A stretch of DNA of 64,000 nt from a virus (lineage: Duplodnaviria; Caudoviricetes): the IMG/VR virus record IMGVR_UViG_3300017565_000002, positions 96,001 to 160,000 of that record, one strand, 5' to 3'. The notes beneath the pieces were generated by a model that did no database searches, had not been told where the DNA came from, and was given only the letters and a program-made list of their open reading frames with translations. Of the stretch, positions 59,253 through 64,000 are shown piece by piece. How positions within the stretch are numbered: the first letter of the stretch is position 1; each line of letters opens with the position of its first letter. Made by a program: the position numbers and the translations under genes.

Positions 59253-59308
59253 TCCGAACTTATTCGAATAAGATAAGAGGATGGGATAATTCCCATCCTC
59301 CACTTCTA

Positions 59309-60898
59309 TTAAAATTTTGCAACCCGTGACAGGTTCTTGAATTCTGGTACGTCTGGATGCTGAGAAGGTCTTTTAGTTAATGCGTATAGCGTCTGGACAA
59401 AATCCCGTTGAACTATCCGAATATTTTCGTTTGTCAGTGTGAGAATATTCTTTTTATCCTTGGTCTGACGCTCAGCATCCGCATTTGCTTCGTTTGTGAA
59501 TACACCCAATACGGACATCATATCTCCATCAAAATCTGCGCCATATCCCGTGATATAGGATAGAGGTGGAGTCAATGTATCTATAAATAATCGATCGCTT
59601 GAAGTGTCAGGCTTTACCACTGGATAAAACTTGTATACTTTATCTCCAATGATTGCCGGTGTAGTTTCTTTCGTTGTGAGAATTGCGGTTTTAAATGGTG
59701 AGATACCGAAATTATCTTCAATCGGATACCGTGTCGAGTATACATGTTTGGAGTCCTGTATGATATCCGTACATACGATATACAAGATATCGGTCCATGT
59801 CATGTCCCGTTGAATACTCGTATTCTCTTTTCCAAACCGACCCGAGATCTTCAGCTTAAGTTTCAGATTATCAGCATTCTTCGGAATATCTATCGACTCA
59901 AACCGTGTAGATGTACCGAAGATGAATTTTTTAACCATTTTAATAATATACTCATCCGAGAATTCAGATTCTGGATCAATTAATGTCGTGTATTTCATTT
60001 CTCCGGTCTTGTCGTCTATATACCCATACTTCCCGCTATAGACGAACTCATTATGGAAGAATTCTCGTACACCGTATATAACCAGCGGGAAGAAATTCGA
60101 GCATATTGTGGCCAATGGCACACCCAGATGATTGAACTTTACATGCATGTCTTTAAACGTTTCTCCCTCAATCTTAGGAGCGGAGATAACTAATCGTGCA
60201 CCAAAGTCTACACTCTTACTTAAGATGGCTTTCTTATAAGTACCATGTTTAGATTTGAGATGTTTATCTACAATCTCGTCATGGATCTTATTGAGAAGTA
60301 GCTGGATTCTGCCCTTGGTTAGATCAGACACAAATCCATATTGCTCCTGCTGGGACACACTTGTTACCATCCGGATGATGTTGAGATAATCATCATTGAT
60401 TGCATCGGATGATGGTCTCCCTAATTCGTTAATATTCAAATCACGATAGAAGGCTGGGAGAACGATAAATTTATTGATCCATGTCTTGGGTGTGTCTTGC
60501 AAACTTTTCTGTCTCTCAGTACCAAAGATTGATTTTGTTTCTTTGAATTTAATCTTGCTCCAATTCTTATACAGGAAATCTAACCCTGTCTCACCCTGTG
60601 GATCTTCTTCAATTCGACCATCATCTGTAATACGGTAGCGTTTGGTACCCAGAATCAACGATTCAAATTTCCGATTCAAGGTTTTCAAGTTGTAATAAGA
60701 GAGAGGGTGTAGGTAATGGCCTTTTAGGTCAATGTATGCCGGTATTGATTTTCTTTCATACGCGGAGAACCCGAAGATGGAGTTACTAAATAGGCCATTT
60801 TCCGTTGGAACACCTCGATCGAGTAGGCTTAGGTCGTATACCCTTTTCAAACCATTTATTCGCACCACTCTTCCTATATCTGCACGATGTAATTTCAT
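59309..60898 (-). CDS. RNAP beta' N-terminal subunit with catalytic motif (probably virion RNAP)
   Basis: GLFSNSIFG, SVDFGARLVIS, RYP, catalytic YGADFDGD; located among late genes. Confidence 0.92.
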   Translation of the reverse strand: MKLHRADIGRVVRINGLKRVYDLSLLDRGVPTENGLFSNSIFGFSAYERKSIPAYIDLKGHYLHPLSYYNLKTLNRKFESLILGTKRYRITDDGRIEEDPQGETGLDFLYKNWSKIKFKETKSIFGTERQKSLQDTPKTWINKFIVLPAFYRDLNINELGRPSSDAINDDYLNIIRMVTSVSQQEQYGFVSDLTKGRIQLLLNKIHDEIVDKHLKSKHGTYKKAILSKSVDFGARLVISAPKIEGETFKDMHVKFNHLGVPLATICSNFFPLVIYGVREFFHNEFVYSGKYGYIDDKTGEMKYTTLIDPESEFSDEYIIKMVKKFIFGTSTRFESIDIPKNADNLKLKLKISGRFGKENTSIQRDMTWTDILYIVCTDIIQDSKHVYSTRYPIEDNFGISPFKTAILTTKETTPAIIGDKVYKFYPVVKPDTSSDRLFIDTLTPPLSYITGYGADFDGDMMSVLGVFTNEANADAERQTKDKKNILTLTNENIRIVQRDFVQTLYALTKRPSQHPDVPEFKNLSRVAKF

Positions 60899-60979
60899 TT
60901 CCTCACCTCACGAGATCATTTATTGGCTGTTTTACATATTAAAAGCCTCTGTCCCTATAAAGAGACAGAGGCTAAATGG

Positions 60980-61339
60980 TTACCCATCTTCATTACGATT
61001 GAAACTTATACTCATCCCTTTGGTAATCTGCGTGACTGAAACGATGAATCGATCCTTTTTCAGATAGGAGACGGTGTGGTCTCTTTCCTTCAAGTATTCC
61101 ATACATCGTTTCCTCATACTAGGGGGGAGTTGAATGAAGATCGTCAGCTGTTCATTTTCTGCAAACTGGGGAGGTTCTACAAAATCACAGTGGTCGAGAA
61201 CTTCCGACTCATCCAGTATTGAGTAGAGAGAATAGAGTTCCCCGTAGCAGTTTGGAACCAATCTATCGAATAGGTCGGCATTTGGGTTTCCGTTTTCTCG
61301 AATAAGATCTACGAGTAGGTCAGCTCTATTCTTAGCCAT
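60980..61339 (-). CDS. Hypothetical protein
   Basis: 119-aa ORF; hairpin AGCCTCTGTC/GACAGAGGCT downstream. Confidence 0.7.
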   Translation of the reverse strand: MAKNRADLLVDLIRENGNPNADLFDRLVPNCYGELYSLYSILDESEVLDHCDFVEPPQFAENEQLTIFIQLPPSMRKRCMEYLKERDHTVSYLKKDRFIVSVTQITKGMSISFNRNEDG

Positions 61340-61375
61340 GATTCAATCCATACACCGCCCCTCATCCACCGCGAG

Positions 61376-61561
61376 TCATCTATTTTGCGATTTTTTATTC
61401 CCAGTGAGTTGCTTTTCTAATTCCTTGGATTCCATCTGTGATTTATTCTTTTCCAGAAATAGTCGCCTACGTTCAAGTGCGTAAATCACTTCCCGATATG
61501 GCATGGTTATGATCTCTTCATGAGACATGATTTGACCGAGTATTTCGTCTGCACTATCCAA
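61376..61561 (-). CDS. Small baseplate hub assembly protein (T4 gp51-like)
   Basis: SHEEIITMPYREVIYAL resembles the gp51-type motif; follows a gp26-like gene. Confidence 0.5.
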   Translation of the reverse strand: MDSADEILGQIMSHEEIITMPYREVIYALERRRLFLEKNKSQMESKELEKQLTGNKKSQNR

Positions 61562-61578
61562 GAGCGAACGGTAGTCCT

Positions 61579-63198
61579 CTATTCGTCGTTCAGCGATCTT
61601 CCGCTGCTCAAGGATACTTCCTCTTTCTTCTTCAGTTTGCTGATCTCCCTCATCGCTAGATAGGACTGGGATAAAATAAAAAGGAAGTTAGCCATGTCAA
61701 TCTCTTTTTCTTTATGCTGCTTACCGCATTTCGGACATTTGTAAGCCCGGAGGCCGTAGCGCACTGTATCCTTGTTTGCATACTCGTCGATCTGCTCATC
61801 GATAACATCCAAGGAGTCTTCATCCATTGACAGCAGTTCCAACATTTCTTCAATGCTGTCGTATTTCACGTACAAGCCATCTTCATCCGGGATGGCAATG
61901 TAGTTGATATACAGCAAGTATCCAACCGAGGAACTGTATTTCGTGAGATCTGTTTTAGCGGCCATTTCTTCCAAAGTGTCATTCAACACGATGAAATCCC
62001 AGATCGTTGGGTTTCGGAATCCAACGACAAGACCGTTTGGAAGTAAAACGCGCTTTTCTTTGCTGACTGCGGATTGTGCTAACACTTGACTGATGTCCGT
62101 GTTTTTATACAGGATATAGTCTGACTGATCTCTAAACTGATCCGCGTTAAGAACCATATCCGCCGCATGGATATTCAGCTTGAGATCCTGACCACACTTC
62201 GTATCTTCACAGGTCACCGGGAACTCGTTATTCTCCGGGAAAGACCCAATGAAGAGGTTGAAGTACAACGTTTGTATGTCTTTGTAATATACGAGCTGTG
62301 CAAACTGAGACAGACTCATATGACGTCCCAGCGATGTATCAACCAGATGCTTCTTGATGAAGCCAAGTTTCTTCATCTCTGCTTCTGAGCGTTTCTTGGC
62401 AGTCATGTTATTCATCTGGATGATTTCCGGGATTGGTGCCCCAGATAGCGTAACATGGAAGCCGGAGTTGATCAACGGCATTGTGACATGAGGGTGCCGT
62501 TGGATGAAACTTCTCATGAGACCTTTTTTAAGGCCGCCCTTTTTCTTCGTATTGAATTTGATCCCGTTAGCATCCAATACAGACTTAACGGTTTCGACAT
62601 ATTCAGTACGATGATCAATCGTGAATTGTGTGGGGGCAGTTTTCGACTGGTTTACTCCGGGCTCGTCGAAGAAGATTGGGATAGAGTTCTCAAGCTGGCG
62701 TTCGAACTTTTTCAGCCGCTTGATTCGTTCCTCTTCCGTAACCTCTTGATCTTCTTCATCGGTGGTAGGAGCTTCGTCTTCATCGGTTTCATCCCCGCCG
62801 ATCCGATCCATCTGTCGGCGGAAAGAAACTACATCTTCATCATCGTCTGCTTCATCCCGGAGCTGCTCGCTGGCCTCCGTAAGAGTTTTTACGGTGCCCA
62901 ATCCCCGAGATTCACGAAGACTGTTTATTTCCTCCAATGCGCTCATTTGTGTATTCTGGAGCGCACTGTCAAACTCATCAGCGTCGGGGTCAACCCGACC
63001 ACTCAGCAATCGTTCTTTTTGTTCGTTTGTCAATGAACGATACACCGCATTGTCCTCAAGTCCAGAGCTAACTGACGGTGGGATGACATGTGGTTCAACC
63101 GTTTGTTCGTATTCTTCCTTATTTTCAGATTGTGAGGTATTGTGTTCCAACTGCTCCATAATTTCGGAGAGTTTTTTCGTACTCTTTTTCTCGGACAT
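61579..63198 (-). CDS. Baseplate hub assembly protein (T4 gp26-like C-terminus) with long acidic N-terminal extension
   Basis: FPVTC..TKCG and YKCPKCG Cys pairs in the C-terminal ~300 aa; N-terminal ~200 aa acidic and low complexity. Confidence 0.6.
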   Translation of the reverse strand: MSEKKSTKKLSEIMEQLEHNTSQSENKEEYEQTVEPHVIPPSVSSGLEDNAVYRSLTNEQKERLLSGRVDPDADEFDSALQNTQMSALEEINSLRESRGLGTVKTLTEASEQLRDEADDDEDVVSFRRQMDRIGGDETDEDEAPTTDEEDQEVTEEERIKRLKKFERQLENSIPIFFDEPGVNQSKTAPTQFTIDHRTEYVETVKSVLDANGIKFNTKKKGGLKKGLMRSFIQRHPHVTMPLINSGFHVTLSGAPIPEIIQMNNMTAKKRSEAEMKKLGFIKKHLVDTSLGRHMSLSQFAQLVYYKDIQTLYFNLFIGSFPENNEFPVTCEDTKCGQDLKLNIHAADMVLNADQFRDQSDYILYKNTDISQVLAQSAVSKEKRVLLPNGLVVGFRNPTIWDFIVLNDTLEEMAAKTDLTKYSSSVGYLLYINYIAIPDEDGLYVKYDSIEEMLELLSMDEDSLDVIDEQIDEYANKDTVRYGLRAYKCPKCGKQHKEKEIDMANFLFILSQSYLAMREISKLKKKEEVSLSSGRSLNDE

Positions 63199-63251
63199 TT
63201 TAATCCTCCTACTATAATGATGGGATTTCTTGATTGTTTAAAGGATATTTT

Positions 63252-63614
63252 TTAAGAGTTCATAATAGATACCAATACGTTATCTTGATCGGTTCTAAAA
63301 ATAGCGATTTCTGAGAAAGATGGAGATGTAACTCCGACGATGAGTTCTGAATTGCGATACATAACTTCCACGTCAGACGTATCAAAGTCGCAGTATTTGG
63401 ATACCTGAGACTCGATAGCCGTCTTTAATTTATATGCATTATCGTCTGCATCTCCGATTCGGTACTGGAGCATGTTTATACCTTTCTCTGGATCATCAGG
63501 TGTATCACCAGGAACCATGGTCAATAGAATATATAACTGCTGGGCCATTGCCATAGCACCTGATATAATTCGATTACGGGAGAAATCGTCTAACTCCAGT
63601 GTGACGTCTTTCAT
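63252..63614 (-). CDS. Baseplate wedge protein (gp25/GPW-like)
   Basis: LYILLTMVPGDTPDDPEKGI matches the gp25 motif pattern; 120 aa. Confidence 0.7.
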   Translation of the reverse strand: MKDVTLELDDFSRNRIISGAMAMAQQLYILLTMVPGDTPDDPEKGINMLQYRIGDADDNAYKLKTAIESQVSKYCDFDTSDVEVMYRNSELIVGVTSPSFSEIAIFRTDQDNVLVSIMNS

Positions 63615-63640
63615 TTTATCCTCTCCTACCCTTGGATTAT

Positions 63641-63652
63641 TAATGGATTGTT
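63641..63652 (-). promoter_or_regulatory. Putative late promoter AACA-N6-TA
   Basis: Plus-strand TA atggat TGTT upstream of the gp25-like gene. Confidence 0.6.
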
Positions 63653-63716
63653 TTTTAGGGTTTATTTAACCCTAGGACATTACATTAACGCACCCATGTT
63701 CGAAAGGGGAATCAAT

Positions 63717-64000
63717 ATGAAATGTCCGATATGTCGTAAGTATATGCCATCCAAAAGAGATGTTCTTCATCATATGGATGCGCGCCATTTTGATCAAATC
63801 CCAAAAGAAATGTCTGCTTCAAAATACTACTATGCATTGAATCACGCAGGTGAAACTACAGGTAAATGCCGTATCTGCAACTCGCCTACAGAATTTGATG
63901 AACCCACTGGAAGAGTAAGGGTCTTATGTGGGAGTGAAAAATGTAAGACAGCATTTTCCGTTATGGCATCGGAGAGAAACATGAAGAAATTCGGTGTCCC
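63717..64000 (+). CDS. Partial (3'-truncated) zinc-finger protein
   Basis: Not in the ORF track: MKCPICRKYMPSKRDVLHHMDARH (C2H2) then CRIC...LCGSEKC; SD AAAGGGG. Confidence 0.75.
   Translation, partial: MKCPICRKYMPSKRDVLHHMDARHFDQIPKEMSASKYYYALNHAGETTGKCRICNSPTEFDEPTGRVRVLCGSEKCKTAFSVMASERNMKKFGV

Noticed and set aside
1-64000. tRNA, rRNA genes, or phage nucleus shell/tubulin genes
   Set aside because: No cloverleaf, rRNA-like stretch or recognisable chimallin/PhuZ motif was seen by eye; absence is not proven without tRNAscan and HMM searches.

Overview
This window looks like part of a jumbo myophage genome of the AR9/phiKZ-like type that encodes its own multisubunit RNA polymerases. The host is probably a Bacillales/Firmicute (inferred from strong GGAGG ribosome-binding sites and the holin type). 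Bases ~1-20200 and ~56900-63700 hold virion genes: prohead protease, major capsid, large terminase, tail sheath and tube, T4-like portal, baseplate proteins and two virion-type RNAP beta' pieces. The middle holds early and replication genes: an RNAP beta' gene split by a 612-nt group I intron, ThyA, SF2 helicase, dUTPase, SbcC/Rad50, family B DNA polymerase, GroEL, a probable sigma-like subunit and a primase. The top finding is at 47318-48975. A nuclease-less Nop/IS110-C-terminal-like protein gene is followed immediately by a 13-unit array with a 36-39 nt period, in which two different short repeats alternate around 8-9 nt variable segments, and a terminator closes it. This matches a TIGR-Tas-type RNA-guided system (TasA-like) under a phage early promoter. 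Other notable points: AR9-type late promoters in a phage that appears to make thymine DNA, a half-length paralogue of the sigma-like subunit, a single-chain PolB, and an AAA ATPase broken by one in-frame TAG. All calls come from motif reading by eye; no database searches were run.
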